Below are positions 9,613 to 20,009 of a DNA stretch of 64,000 bases, one piece after another. Source of the stretch: an uncultured Acidimicrobiia bacterium (GTDB taxonomy: Bacteria; Actinomycetota; Acidimicrobiia; Acidimicrobiales; Ilumatobacteraceae); contig CAVZFS010000026.1 in NCBI GenBank assembly GCA_963774635.1, forward strand, positions 232,636-296,635. Direction: 5' to 3'. The position numbers and the translations under genes are program-made. The stretch's first letter is position 1. Each line of letters begins with the position of its first letter. The notes beneath the pieces are model-generated. The model made no database searches. It had not been told where the DNA came from and saw nothing but the letters and a program-made list of their open reading frames with translations.

Positions 9613-10011
9613 TCAGGGCTCGGGGTCGGGACGCCGGGGGAAGGTCTCGCCGAACGGGGCGACCGCCTGGCGCAGCGGGACAAGGTCGCGGCGCTGCTTG
9701 CGCACTGCCTCGGCCTCGGCATGCTCGGCCTTGCGGACGGCGTCCGCCAGCTCGCTGCGCAGCCGGGCGTTCTCCTCCTCCAGCTGCATGACGCGCCGGA
9801 TGCCTTCGAGGTTCATGCCCGACTCGGCGAGCTCGGAGATGCGGCGCAACACCTCGATGTCCGCATCGCTGTAGCGACGGTTGCCACCCGACGTACGGGC
9901 CGGGCGCACGAGCCCGCGACGCTCGTAGATGCGCAGTGTCTGCGGGTGCATGCCTGCCAGCTCGGCGGCGACCGAGATGACGTACACCGCTTGGGTCCGG
10001 CGTCGCATCAT
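9613..10011 (-). CDS. hspR: MerR-family heat-shock repressor HspR
   Basis: 132 aa. YVISVAAELAGMHPQTLRIYERRGLVRPARTSGGNRRYSDADIEVLRRI is a MerR-type HTH. It is the last gene of the dnaK operon, and its start overlaps the dnaJ stop (ATGA). Confidence 0.9.
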   Translation of the reverse strand: MMRRRTQAVYVISVAAELAGMHPQTLRIYERRGLVRPARTSGGNRRYSDADIEVLRRISELAESGMNLEGIRRVMQLEEENARLRSELADAVRKAEHAEAEAVRKQRRDLVPLRQAVAPFGETFPRRPDPEP

Positions 10012-11136
10012 GACGTGGTCTCCCGTGTTCTCGACGCGGCGGCCGTGGCGAGCTGCTCGATCGCCGTGCGCTCCTCCTCGGAGAGCTGCGTCGGCACGGC
10101 CACGTCAATCGTGACGATCAGGTCGCCGGTGCCCTTCTTGGCGGCGATGCCCTTGCCCTTGACGCGATGGCGGCTGCCCGGCTGCGTGCCCGCCTTGATG
10201 CGCAGCGTCACGGGCGGACCTTCGAGCGTCGGTACGGCGATGTCGGCTCCAAGGGCAGCCTCGGCGAACGTCACCGCGAACGCGTGTCGTCAGGTCGTTG
10301 CCGCTCCTGCCGAACAGTGGATGGGAGCCCACGTGGATGAGGACGAGCAGGTCTCCGGCCGGGCCACCATTGCGGCCGGGAGCGCCCCGACCCTTCAGGC
10401 GGATCGTCTGTCCATCCGACACGCCGGCGGGGATCCGGGCCTGCACGTCACGGGCGCGCTTCTCGACGCCGGATCCTCGGCACGTCGGGCACGGATCCTC
10501 GATCACGGTCCCCGCGCCACCGCACCGCCGGCACGGCGACGAGAACGAGAACAGCCCCTGGTTGTCGTCGATGACGCCGCGCCCACCGCACTGCGGGCAC
10601 AGCTTGGGTGTCGTGCCCGGTCGCGCTCCCGAGCCGTGGCACGTCGAGCACTGCGCATCGGACGTGAGGTGCAGCGTCGTCGTCAACCCGCTGGCGGCAT
10701 CGACGAAGTCGAGCGTGAGCTCGGCTTCGACGTCGGCCCCTCGGCGCGGTCCGACACCCGACGACGCGCCCCCACCCGCTCGATTTCCCCGGCCGCGGCC
10801 GAACATCTGGCCGAACAGATCGCCGAGGTTGCCCACGTCGGCGTCGTTCATGTTGAACGTGAACCCGCCCGGTCCCGGACCTCCCGGGCCGGCCATCGGA
10901 CCGAGCTTGCGGACCTCGTCGTACTCCGACCGCTTGGTCTCGTCACCCAGCACGTCGTAGGCGGCCGACACCGACTTGAAGCGCTCCTCGGCCTGCGCGT
11001 CACCCGGGTTCTTGTCGGGATGCAGCTCGCGGGCCAGCTTGCGGTAGGCCTTGGTGATCTCCTTCGCCGTCGCCGTCTCGGGGACGCCGAGGACGGCGTA
11101 GTAGTCCTTCTCGAACCATTCCCGTTGCGCGGCCAT
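10008..11136 (-). pseudogene. dnaJ: chaperone DnaJ, 1-nt frameshift as sequenced
   Basis: ORFs 10105..11136 and 10008..10274 together make DnaJ. The J domain (DYYAVLGV...HPDKNPGD), a G/F region, four CxxCxGxG motifs and the C-terminal domains are all present. The frames meet at GRSGNDLTTRVR / VTFAEAALGADIAVPTLEG. One extra nucleotide around 10274-10278 breaks the frame. Confidence 0.9.
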
Positions 11137-11148
11137 GCCCGAGATCCG

Positions 11149-11721
11149 TCAGTCGCGAGTGCGGACCATGGCCGGGCGCAGCGTGCGACCGTTCCAGCGG
11201 TAGCCACTACGCAACACCTCGGCGACGACGACGTCGCCGCCTTCGCCAGGCTCGTGGGCGACCGCCTCCGCCAGGTTGGGATCGAACGGTTGGTCCTGCA
11301 GGTTCAGCGCCTCCAAGCCCTGCTTCTTCAGCTCACCGAGCAGCACGTTGAGCAGCGGACCGACCTCGTCGGGATGACGGAGGTAGGCCGCCTCGGTGGC
11401 GTCGAGCACCGGAAGCAATGCCTCCGCCAGCCTGGCCGTCGCCCGCGCTGCTTCGTCGCGAGCCTGCACCTGGACGCGCTTGCGGTAGTTCTCGAAGTCG
11501 GCCTGCACACGCTGCGCGATGTCGCGATACGTGTCGCGCTGTTCGCTGAGCTCGCGGATCTCCGAGGCGATCTCAGATGCCAGTTCGTCAGTCGCCTCCT
11601 CGTCAGAGGGGGCCGAGGACTCCTCGACGACATCGGTGTCGTCGACGTCTGGCGCAGGCCGCACGGGCTCGTCGCCGAAGTCGGAATCGGAATCGCGGGG
11701 CGAAACAGTCATCGTTGACAC
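11149..11721 (-). CDS. grpE: nucleotide exchange factor GrpE
   Basis: 190 aa with an acidic N-terminus. RVQADFENYRKRV and FDPNLAEAVAHEP are GrpE signatures. The gene lies between dnaK and dnaJ. The start is GTG 11721 or ATG 11712. Confidence 0.9.
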   Translation of the reverse strand: MSTMTVSPRDSDSDFGDEPVRPAPDVDDTDVVEESSAPSDEEATDELASEIASEIRELSEQRDTYRDIAQRVQADFENYRKRVQVQARDEAARATARLAEALLPVLDATEAAYLRHPDEVGPLLNVLLGELKKQGLEALNLQDQPFDPNLAEAVAHEPGEGGDVVVAEVLRSGYRWNGRTLRPAMVRTRD

Positions 11722-11730
11722 CTCGCCTCA

Positions 11731-11795
11731 TGCGAGCGAGCGAGCGCCAGCGAGCGAGCGGTTACCACCGGCCTGCGTGGCCGGGGAACGCAATG
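11731..11795 (-). repeat. 65-nt interspersed repeat, family B, copy 2 (dnaK-grpE spacer)
   Basis: Its reverse complement matches 4922-4986 at 58 of 65 positions. Like copy 1, it sits in the sense orientation between two co-directional genes. Confidence 0.8.
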
Positions 11796-11800
11796 AGCGG

Positions 11801-13669
<1,869 letters not shown>

Positions 13670-13754
13670 GGGAGGCTCCTCACTGGTGGGGTAGACGCGA
13701 ACGTGCACCGACCAGGTTAGGAGCAGGCACCTCCTCTGGCAACCGGGGAGTCAT

Positions 13755-13783
13755 AAAACTTGAGCGGAGATCGCTCAAGTTTT
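13755..13783. promoter_or_regulatory. HspR-associated inverted repeat (HAIR) operator upstream of dnaK
   Basis: AAAACTTGAGC-GGAGATC-GCTCAAGTTTT. The core at 13759-13779 fits the HAIR consensus CTTGAGT-N7-ACTCAAG. It lies ~90 nt upstream of the dnaK start, and hspR is encoded in the same operon. Confidence 0.8.
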
Positions 13784-14191
13784 GGGCTCGACCCGCAGGT
13801 GATCCGGTCCGAACGACGTCGGGAGCAATTCCTCGAGCGTGAACGTCCGCTGCACGCCGTCCGGTCCGGCGGCGTGGACCGGCGTCGACGGTCCGGCGAA
13901 CTCGCGCAGCTTCTGGCGGCAACCGCCGCAGCACGTGGTCAGCTGGTCGCCGTCGGCCACCGTGAGGACCTCGACGATCTCTCGCTCACCGGCCGAGACC
14001 ATCGCCCCGATCGCCGACGCTTCGGCGCAGATGCCTTCCGGGAACGCCGCGTTCTCGACGTTGGCACCGGCGAAGATGCGTCCCGAAGCGGTGCGCAGCG
14101 CCGCTCCGACGGCGAAGCCGGAGTACGGCACGTGGGCGTTGGCTTGCACAGCCCGCGCCGCCTCGAGCAGGTCGGCGGCGACGTCCTTCAC
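13775..14191 (-). CDS. cdd: cytidine deaminase
   Basis: The track ORF is 13775..14455. HVPYSGFAVGAAL...GANVENAAFPEGICAEASAIG...CCGGCRQKL carries the CAE and CxxC zinc motifs. GTG 14191 gives a ~139-aa protein comparable to known Cdd; GTG 14275 is also possible. Confidence 0.8.
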   Translation of the reverse strand: MKDVAADLLEAARAVQANAHVPYSGFAVGAALRTASGRIFAGANVENAAFPEGICAEASAIGAMVSAGEREIVEVLTVADGDQLTTCCGGCRQKLREFAGPSTPVHAAGPDGVQRTFTLEELLPTSFGPDHLRVEPKT

Positions 14192-14312
14192 GGCGTCGAG
14201 GCTACGGATCTGGGTGGCGGTGGTCTCGAATCCGAGACTGTGACCACCCAGAAGGGCGGTTGAGACCGAGACCACCCAGATGTGCGGCGGCTCGCGACGG
14301 GTTCCAGCGTTT

Positions 14313-14732
14313 CTACGGCTCGCCGCGGTAGGTGCCGAAGCTCCAGATGTTGTCCTCGAGATCGCGGACGCTGAAGCCCGTCGAGCCGTAGTCCTCGTCG
14401 CGCATCTCACGCACGATGCGCGCTCCGGCTTTGGTGGCGCGGGCGAACACGCCATGCGGATCGTCGGTCACGACGTACACCGATGCGCAGCTCGTCGGCA
14501 TCTGCGAGAACTCGCTCTCGGGCCGGTCCGCCGTCCCGAGCATGACCCCGCCGCCTTCCGGCCACCGCAACTCGCAGTGCTCGACGATGTCATCGGTCGA
14601 CCCGGGAACGACGAGTGACTCGACGAATCCGAAGGCCTCGGTCAGGAACTCGATGGCCGGTCGGGCATCGCGGTAGTTCACGCACGGCCACACCGTTTTC
14701 TGTACTTCATCCATGTCGTCACCCTCCTCCAT
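14313..14732 (-). CDS. VOC (glyoxalase/bleomycin-resistance) family protein
   Basis: 139 aa. VNYRDARPAIEFLTEAFGF and GSTGFSVRDLEDNIWSFGTY are typical of the VOC fold. An alternative start is at 14714. Confidence 0.8.
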   Translation of the reverse strand: MEEGDDMDEVQKTVWPCVNYRDARPAIEFLTEAFGFVESLVVPGSTDDIVEHCELRWPEGGGVMLGTADRPESEFSQMPTSCASVYVVTDDPHGVFARATKAGARIVREMRDEDYGSTGFSVRDLEDNIWSFGTYRGEP

Positions 14733-15576
14733 CGGGGGCGTCGAGGTCTTGGACGAATGGGAGCTGTTCGTCGGCCAGCCACGCCGACGGGCTGGAGCCG
14801 GCGAGGACGTGCCACTCCCGCGTCATGTGCGCCTGATCGGCATACCCGCACTCGGCGGCGACCCTGGCCAGCGAGGGCTGGTCGTTCTGCACGAGCATCC
14901 ACCGGGCCCGCTCGAATCGCAGTACACGAGCCAGCGCCTTCGGGCCGACGCCGTACTCGGCGGAGAACCGGCTCGTCAGGTGGCGGCGGCTCCAGCCGAG
15001 CTCGTCGGCCAACGTGGCGACGTCGACGAGCCCGTGCAGCTCGGCCAGCCGGCGGAACGCCTCCGCGGCTTCAGGTCGGGCACCCGACGGAAGATCCATC
15101 GTCGTCGAGAGCACGCGCAGCAGGACCCCGTCGAGGGCCCGGAAGCGGGCCGGCCAGTCCTCGGCAGACGCCAAGCGTTCGTACAGCTCGGCGGCGAGGC
15201 GACCCCAGAGCACATCGAGCGTGACGACGGTCGACGCCAGCTCGCCAGCCGGCATACGGAACAGGGCCCGTGAACCCTCTGGCGTCACCTGCAGCTGGAT
15301 GCCGTGCTGGTTGCCATCGTGGCGGATGACGGCCGGCGTCGTGTGCAGCCCGCCGACCAACGTGTCGAACCGCTCGGTGCGCTGCGATCCATCGGGCAGC
15401 CGGGTCAGCTCGAGCGGCGCATCGAAGGCGACGATGAACGTGAGATGACGCGAGGGCAGCCCCATGTGCTCGCCGGGTGCGAAGCCGGAGAAGTGGTAGC
15501 CGACGTATGACTCGACGTACGGGCGCAGCACGTCGGGGGGGCGGCGCACGAAGCTGTCGTTGACGACGGCGCTCAT
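14719..15576 (-). CDS. AraC family transcriptional regulator
   Basis: The track ORF is 14719..15834 and the start is at MSAVVNDSF (15576). The C-terminal part, LADELGWSRRHLTSRFSAEYGVGPKALARVLRFERARWML...CGYADQAHMTREW, is the AraC double HTH. Confidence 0.85.
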   Translation of the reverse strand: MSAVVNDSFVRRPPDVLRPYVESYVGYHFSGFAPGEHMGLPSRHLTFIVAFDAPLELTRLPDGSQRTERFDTLVGGLHTTPAVIRHDGNQHGIQLQVTPEGSRALFRMPAGELASTVVTLDVLWGRLAAELYERLASAEDWPARFRALDGVLLRVLSTTMDLPSGARPEAAEAFRRLAELHGLVDVATLADELGWSRRHLTSRFSAEYGVGPKALARVLRFERARWMLVQNDQPSLARVAAECGYADQAHMTREWHVLAGSSPSAWLADEQLPFVQDLDAPDGGG

Positions 15577-15683
15577 CTCGTGCAAACGGTATCGGCGGGG
15601 GTTGATGCGGCCGCCGAAGCGCCTGGAGGCGCCGGCGTGCCGAACCGGCTGATCGCCCCAACACGCGGCCGCGGGTCGGCCGA

Positions 15684-16751
15684 TCAATATCGCTCGGTGA
15701 GGTGCTCCCGGCCCGGCGGTGGTTCGTACGCCTCCGGCCAGAAGTCGGTGATGCCCGTGATCAGCCCGTCGGCGACCTCGAAGAAGGCGATGCCGTCGGC
15801 CGGCGGCGCATCGGCGACGTGCCACGCGAACCACACGACGGCACGTCGGTCGTCGCCGAGCACGACGCGTGGCGAGAGGTGCCAGTCGCCGGGGTACTCG
15901 CGGTTGAACTGCACGTAACGCTGCCGGCCACGGATGCGCTCCCGCGTCTGCGGCACTTCGTACACGACGTCGGGGTGGAGCAGGAGCCCGAGCTCATCCC
16001 ACTGGCGACGTTCCAACGTGTCGACGAATCGCCCCGCCAGCGCCTGCGCCACGACGGGCGGGTCAACACGAGCGAGGAACGCGCGCAGCACCGCGTTGAA
16101 CTCCGCCGGGTGCGTCACCGGCGGCGCATGGCCGGCGCCGGCGATGACGGCGAGCTCGGCGTCGGGCATCTTCTCGGCCATGTAACGCGACCCGGCGAGG
16201 AATGCTTCGTCGAGCTCACCGACCACCACCAACGTCGGCACGGCGATCGACGGCAGGGCCTCGATCACGTGGCCGTCGACCTGCGGCAGCACATGCCGCG
16301 CGCTGTGGGCGAGACCGACGGCGCCGGGATGGTGAGCGGCACTCAGCTCAGGGCTGCCGCTCAGGCTCTGCAGACCGCGGGCATCGAGACCCGCGGCGTA
16401 GCGCTCGGCCATCTCGTTCCACTGCGCGCGCCCGCGGTCGCTGCGATACCCCGGGCCCGTGTCGACCAGGACGAGCGCCCGAACGTCATCCGGATGCGCC
16501 AGTGCGTACTCGAGCGACAGGTAGCCGCCGAGCGAGTGGCCGAGCAGGACGGCCTGATCGGCGCCCGCCTCTTGGAGGAGCGAACGCATCGCCGCGAGCG
16601 ACGCGGCGACCGAGTACTCGCCAGGATCATCAGGCGCATCGCTGCTGCCGTGGCCGAGCTGATCCCAGGCCACGACGGTGCGATCGTCGGTGAGAGCGGC
16701 GACAGTCTTGGCGAACATGTGCGATGTCGCGGCAAATCCGTGGGTCAGCAA
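15684..16751 (-). CDS. alpha/beta hydrolase fused to a C-terminal SnoaL/NTF2-like domain
   Basis: LLTHGFAATSHMF, GHSLGG (the nucleophile elbow) and GAGHAP are followed by a ~120-aa NTF2-like tail. The homologous N-terminus (TGSAIATSSIFHQVTGHGPTI) continues upstream of TTG 16751 without an ATG, GTG or TTG, so the start is uncertain. Confidence 0.8.
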   Translation of the reverse strand: MLTHGFAATSHMFAKTVAALTDDRTVVAWDQLGHGSSDAPDDPGEYSVAASLAAMRSLLQEAGADQAVLLGHSLGGYLSLEYALAHPDDVRALVLVDTGPGYRSDRGRAQWNEMAERYAAGLDARGLQSLSGSPELSAAHHPGAVGLAHSARHVLPQVDGHVIEALPSIAVPTLVVVGELDEAFLAGSRYMAEKMPDAELAVIAGAGHAPPVTHPAEFNAVLRAFLARVDPPVVAQALAGRFVDTLERRQWDELGLLLHPDVVYEVPQTRERIRGRQRYVQFNREYPGDWHLSPRVVLGDDRRAVVWFAWHVADAPPADGIAFFEVADGLITGITDFWPEAYEPPPGREHLTERY

Positions 16752-16950
16752 AATCGTCGGGCCGTGGCCCGTGACCTGGTGAAAGATCGAGCTGGTGGCG
16801 ATGGCGGAGCCTGTCAGGCGGCCGTCGTGCGCTCAAATCTTGGAAACATTGCCGTAACAGTGTCATGATCCGGGTTCCCTGGTCGCCGCGGACGACAAGT
16901 AGGGGCGGGACAGGGCTTGGAATCATCCATCAACAATTGGAGGGCAAGTA

Positions 16951-17778
16951 GTGCGGTACCAGTTCAAGAAGTGGCACGGTGTGGCCGCTCTGAGCGCGGC
17001 GGGGGTCTTCGTACTCCCTGCTGTCGCCAGTGCGCAGGAGGCGACCGACATCGTCGATCAGTTCTCCGTGGTCAACATCGGCCTCGTTCAAACGGCGCTG
17101 TCCAACAGTGGCCTCAACTTCCAGGACAACACTGTTGCCCAGGCGAACGTCACGGAGCAGTTGTCCGAGTCAGAGGCCAACGGCGGTGACGCCGTCGCGA
17201 CGTCCGACGCCGCCGTCGCCGATGCTCTTTCGGGCTTCGGCGGCGTGTCTGCCGCAGGGAACGCCGCTGAGTCGACGAACGACAGCACCGGCGACAACTC
17301 GCAGACCACGGGTGCCGCTGTTGCGGCGAACGCGGTCTCCGGGTCCGTGAGCCAGTCCCAGGACAACACGTCCGACAACTTCGCGGAATCGCTGGGCGAT
17401 AGCGCCACGGCAATCGCGGCGTCGGCTGTCGTCCAGACGTCCGAGGTGAACATCGGAATCGACCAGACGGCGCTGGCGAACAGTGGCCTGAACTTCCAGG
17501 ACAACACCACGGCCCAGGGCAACGTGACCGAGCAGCTCGCGTTGAGCAGCGCCAACGGCGGGGACGCGGTAGCGACCTCGGCTGACGAGGAAGCGATCGC
17601 CACGTCCGGTGACGGCGGCGACTCGGCCGCAGCCAATGCGGCGAGCTCTGCCAACAGCTCGTCGGGCGGCAACTCGCAGACCGCGGGTGGAGCAACGGCT
17701 TCCAACAGCTCGAGCTTCGACGTCTCCCAGAGCAGCTCGAACTCGAGCACCAACACGGCAACCGGAGACACTGACTGA
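16951..17778 (+). CDS. secreted two-repeat Asn/Gln/Ser/Ala-rich protein (candidate surface-fibre subunit)
   Basis: GTG start 8 nt after GGAGG. There is a signal peptide (MRYQFKKWHGVAALSAAGVFVLPAVASA/QEA). The mature part has two ~126-aa repeats, each starting VNIGxxQTALxNSGLNFQDNTxAQxNVTEQL...ANGGDAVATS, and contains no K, R, H, C, M, W, Y or P. Confidence 0.8.
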   Translation: MRYQFKKWHGVAALSAAGVFVLPAVASAQEATDIVDQFSVVNIGLVQTALSNSGLNFQDNTVAQANVTEQLSESEANGGDAVATSDAAVADALSGFGGVSAAGNAAESTNDSTGDNSQTTGAAVAANAVSGSVSQSQDNTSDNFAESLGDSATAIAASAVVQTSEVNIGIDQTALANSGLNFQDNTTAQGNVTEQLALSSANGGDAVATSADEEAIATSGDGGDSAAANAASSANSSSGGNSQTAGGATASNSSSFDVSQSSSNSSTNTATGDTD

Positions 17779-17793
17779 TCTTCGGCTGAACTT

Positions 17794-17826
17794 GCAGAGG
17801 GGTGGGGCACTGCCCCACCCCTCTGC
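17794..17826 (+). terminator. strong stem-loop (15-bp perfect stem, 3-nt loop) between the subunit gene and the LPXTG gene
   Basis: GCAGAGGGGTGGGGC-ACT-GCCCCACCCCTCTGC lies 16 nt after the 17778 stop. There is no U-tract, so it may act as an attenuator or RNA-stability element rather than a full terminator. Confidence 0.55.
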
Positions 17827-17882
17827 GAACCCCGTGAACCATCTGGGCACGGGTTGCGGTAGAGGGATGCGCGGAGGTACGA

Positions 17883-20009
17883 GTGCGGCGGACGGGCAGG
17901 GCGGCGGTGGTCGCCGTCACGGCGCTGGTCATGTTGATCAGCGCAGCCCCGGTTGGGGCGGAAGAAGAAGGCAGCCAAGGCGCCGAAGCGGCGGCGGCCG
18001 AGGCGGAGGCTCCCTCGGAGGAGCAGGCGGCGGATTCGACGGTGCCGGCCGAGGCCACGCAGACCGCGGAGCCGCCGGAAGCATCAGACGACAGTCCGCC
18101 AGCGAGCGTGCAGGACGATGCGCCGCCGGACAGCACGGCTCCGGCGCACGAGGCGCCACCGAGCACCGAGTCCACAACAGAGTCCACCGCTGAGGAGGCT
18201 GCGCCGAGCGCGTCGCAGCCCACCGCGACGGCGCTGCCGGCGACGAACAATTCGTCCACCAGCGCCAGCGCGTCCGACGATGCGCATGCGGCACCCGCGG
18301 CGCAATTGGCGGCGACGACCAGCGAGACGGGCCAGCAGACGACGACGATCACCGGCACCGCGATCGCAGTCGCCACGAGTGGTGGGAACGTAGCCATCGC
18401 CACCGGTTCCCAGAGCGATGACGGTGACTCACAACCGGCCATCCTCGGCACAGGCCCCGCCGCCGCCAGCGGCAGCGACGATGAGACCAGTGTCGTCCAG
18501 GAGGCCACCGCGGTGCTGACAGGCGGCGCCACCGCAGACATCACGCAGGTGGTGCTCGTGTTCAACATCGGCGCGGCACTCGCCAACAGCGGCCTCAACG
18601 TCATCGGAGGCGGCGGCACCGATGGATCGCAGATCTCGACCGGCTCGGCCACGGCGGTCGGCAACGACGCCGCGTCGTACATGACGCAGGCCGCAACCTC
18701 GGACGCGTCGGCCGGTGGCACCGATACGGCATCGCAGCTGGCGGTGAACCTCCGCATCGGCGTCGCGGTCGCCGACTCCGGCAACAACGTGGTGGTCGTC
18801 TCGGGCCCGGGCGGGAGCGTCGGCGGAGTGATCGACGCCGGTGCAGCAAACGCCACCGGCAACCAGTCGCTCACCGAGATCGTGCAGCGCGCCTTCGCCA
18901 CCGGCAGTGGCGCCGCGCACCTGACGATCGAGCAGCGGGCCACCGTGATCAACCTCGGCCTCGCCATCGCCAACAGCGGCATCAACACGGTGCGCGGCCT
19001 TGCCGGCTCCCTGATCAACGCACCCGACGAGTTCATCGCTCGCGAGTTGTTCGCGCTGATCCTCCCTGCGCTGCTGGCGTCGATCAACACGGGCGACGGG
19101 ACCGGTGCCGGAGGGACCATCGCCTCAGGCGAAGCGACCGCCATCGGCAACCGCTCCGAGACGTACATCGACCAGAACGCCATCGCCACGGCGAGCGGCG
19201 ACGGCACCGCGTCGATCTCCCAGGATGTCATCGTCGCAAACGTCGGCGCCGCGGTCGCCAACTCGGGCGCCAACCAGCTCGGCAGCAGCGCCAGCGAGCC
19301 CGCCGCGCTCGACGCGGAGGGAATGCGCATCGCCACCGAGCTGGGCCAGTTCCTCACCGATCTCCTCGAAGAGATCGAACGGTGGAGCCTCGTTCCGGGC
19401 GGGGCGCCGCTCAACATCTCCCTGCAGCTGCCGTTCGGCGACCTCGTCATCGGCCTCGACGCAAGCGTCGGCGGGAGCCACACGACGGTTGAGTCGTCGA
19501 ACGCACAGGCGACGATCCGCCAGGTCACCGCGATCATCAGCATTGGCATCTCTCGCGCCAACACCGGATTCAACGCCACGTCGCTGCAGGTGGGCGCCGA
19601 CCTCGCGGCGATCACGGCCGCCGCCGCGGCGAGCGGAGGAGTGTCGGTCACCACCGGCGATGCCTCGGCCGACAACACGAGCCTGGTCATCGTCTGCCAG
19701 AAGGACGACGCCGCAGCGTACGAGTGCCTGCGGCCAGTCGATCCGGTGACGCCAGTGGACCCGGTCGACCCGGTCGACCCGGTCGATGCGGTCGATCCCG
19801 CCGGTCAAGCAGGTCCGACGGTGCAGGGCGCGACGGGGTCGCGCCCGGTCGCCTTCGCATCGGCTGGGCGCACAGCGACGGGCGCAACGAGTGCCAGTCG
19901 TCAGCTTCCGGCGACCGGGATCGACGTCGAGCTGCTGCTCATCGTCGGCGCCGCTCTGGTGGTCGTCGGAGGGCTGCTGACGAGGGTGCGGCGGCGCGCC
20001 GAGGCATGA
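17883..20009 (+). CDS. LPXTG-anchored surface protein with ANSG-N / GN-x-Q repeat modules
   Basis: 708 aa with a signal peptide (...LISAAPVGA/EEE) and an acidic E/A/P/S-rich stalk. Five motif copies are present: FNIGAALANSGLNV, RIGVAVADSGNNV, INLGLAIANSGINT, ANVGAAVANSGANQ, ISIGISRANTGFNA. A (PVD)n linker follows, then the C-terminal LPATG + hydrophobic helix + RVRRR sortase signal. Confidence 0.85.
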   Translation: MRRTGRAAVVAVTALVMLISAAPVGAEEEGSQGAEAAAAEAEAPSEEQAADSTVPAEATQTAEPPEASDDSPPASVQDDAPPDSTAPAHEAPPSTESTTESTAEEAAPSASQPTATALPATNNSSTSASASDDAHAAPAAQLAATTSETGQQTTTITGTAIAVATSGGNVAIATGSQSDDGDSQPAILGTGPAAASGSDDETSVVQEATAVLTGGATADITQVVLVFNIGAALANSGLNVIGGGGTDGSQISTGSATAVGNDAASYMTQAATSDASAGGTDTASQLAVNLRIGVAVADSGNNVVVVSGPGGSVGGVIDAGAANATGNQSLTEIVQRAFATGSGAAHLTIEQRATVINLGLAIANSGINTVRGLAGSLINAPDEFIARELFALILPALLASINTGDGTGAGGTIASGEATAIGNRSETYIDQNAIATASGDGTASISQDVIVANVGAAVANSGANQLGSSASEPAALDAEGMRIATELGQFLTDLLEEIERWSLVPGGAPLNISLQLPFGDLVIGLDASVGGSHTTVESSNAQATIRQVTAIISIGISRANTGFNATSLQVGADLAAITAAAAASGGVSVTTGDASADNTSLVIVCQKDDAAAYECLRPVDPVTPVDPVDPVDPVDAVDPAGQAGPTVQGATGSRPVAFASAGRTATGATSASRQLPATGIDVELLLIVGAALVVVGGLLTRVRRRAEA
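19734..19799 (+). repeat. in-frame 9-bp coding tandem repeat (Pro-Val-Asp)n in the stalk of the LPXTG protein
   Basis: CCAGTCGAT CCGGTGACG CCAGTGGAC CCGGTCGAC CCGGTCGAC CCGGTCGAT GCGGTCGAT encodes PVDPVTPVDPVDPVDPVDAVD. Two units are identical. Confidence 0.8.

Noticed and set aside
16823-16866. The ATG at 16866 (MTLLRQCFQDLS...) might be the true start of the alpha/beta hydrolase via yet another frameshift.
   Set aside because: That stretch has AT-rich third positions, unlike coding DNA here. It lies in the divergent promoter region. An upstream CTG or the TTG at 16751 remains the more likely start.
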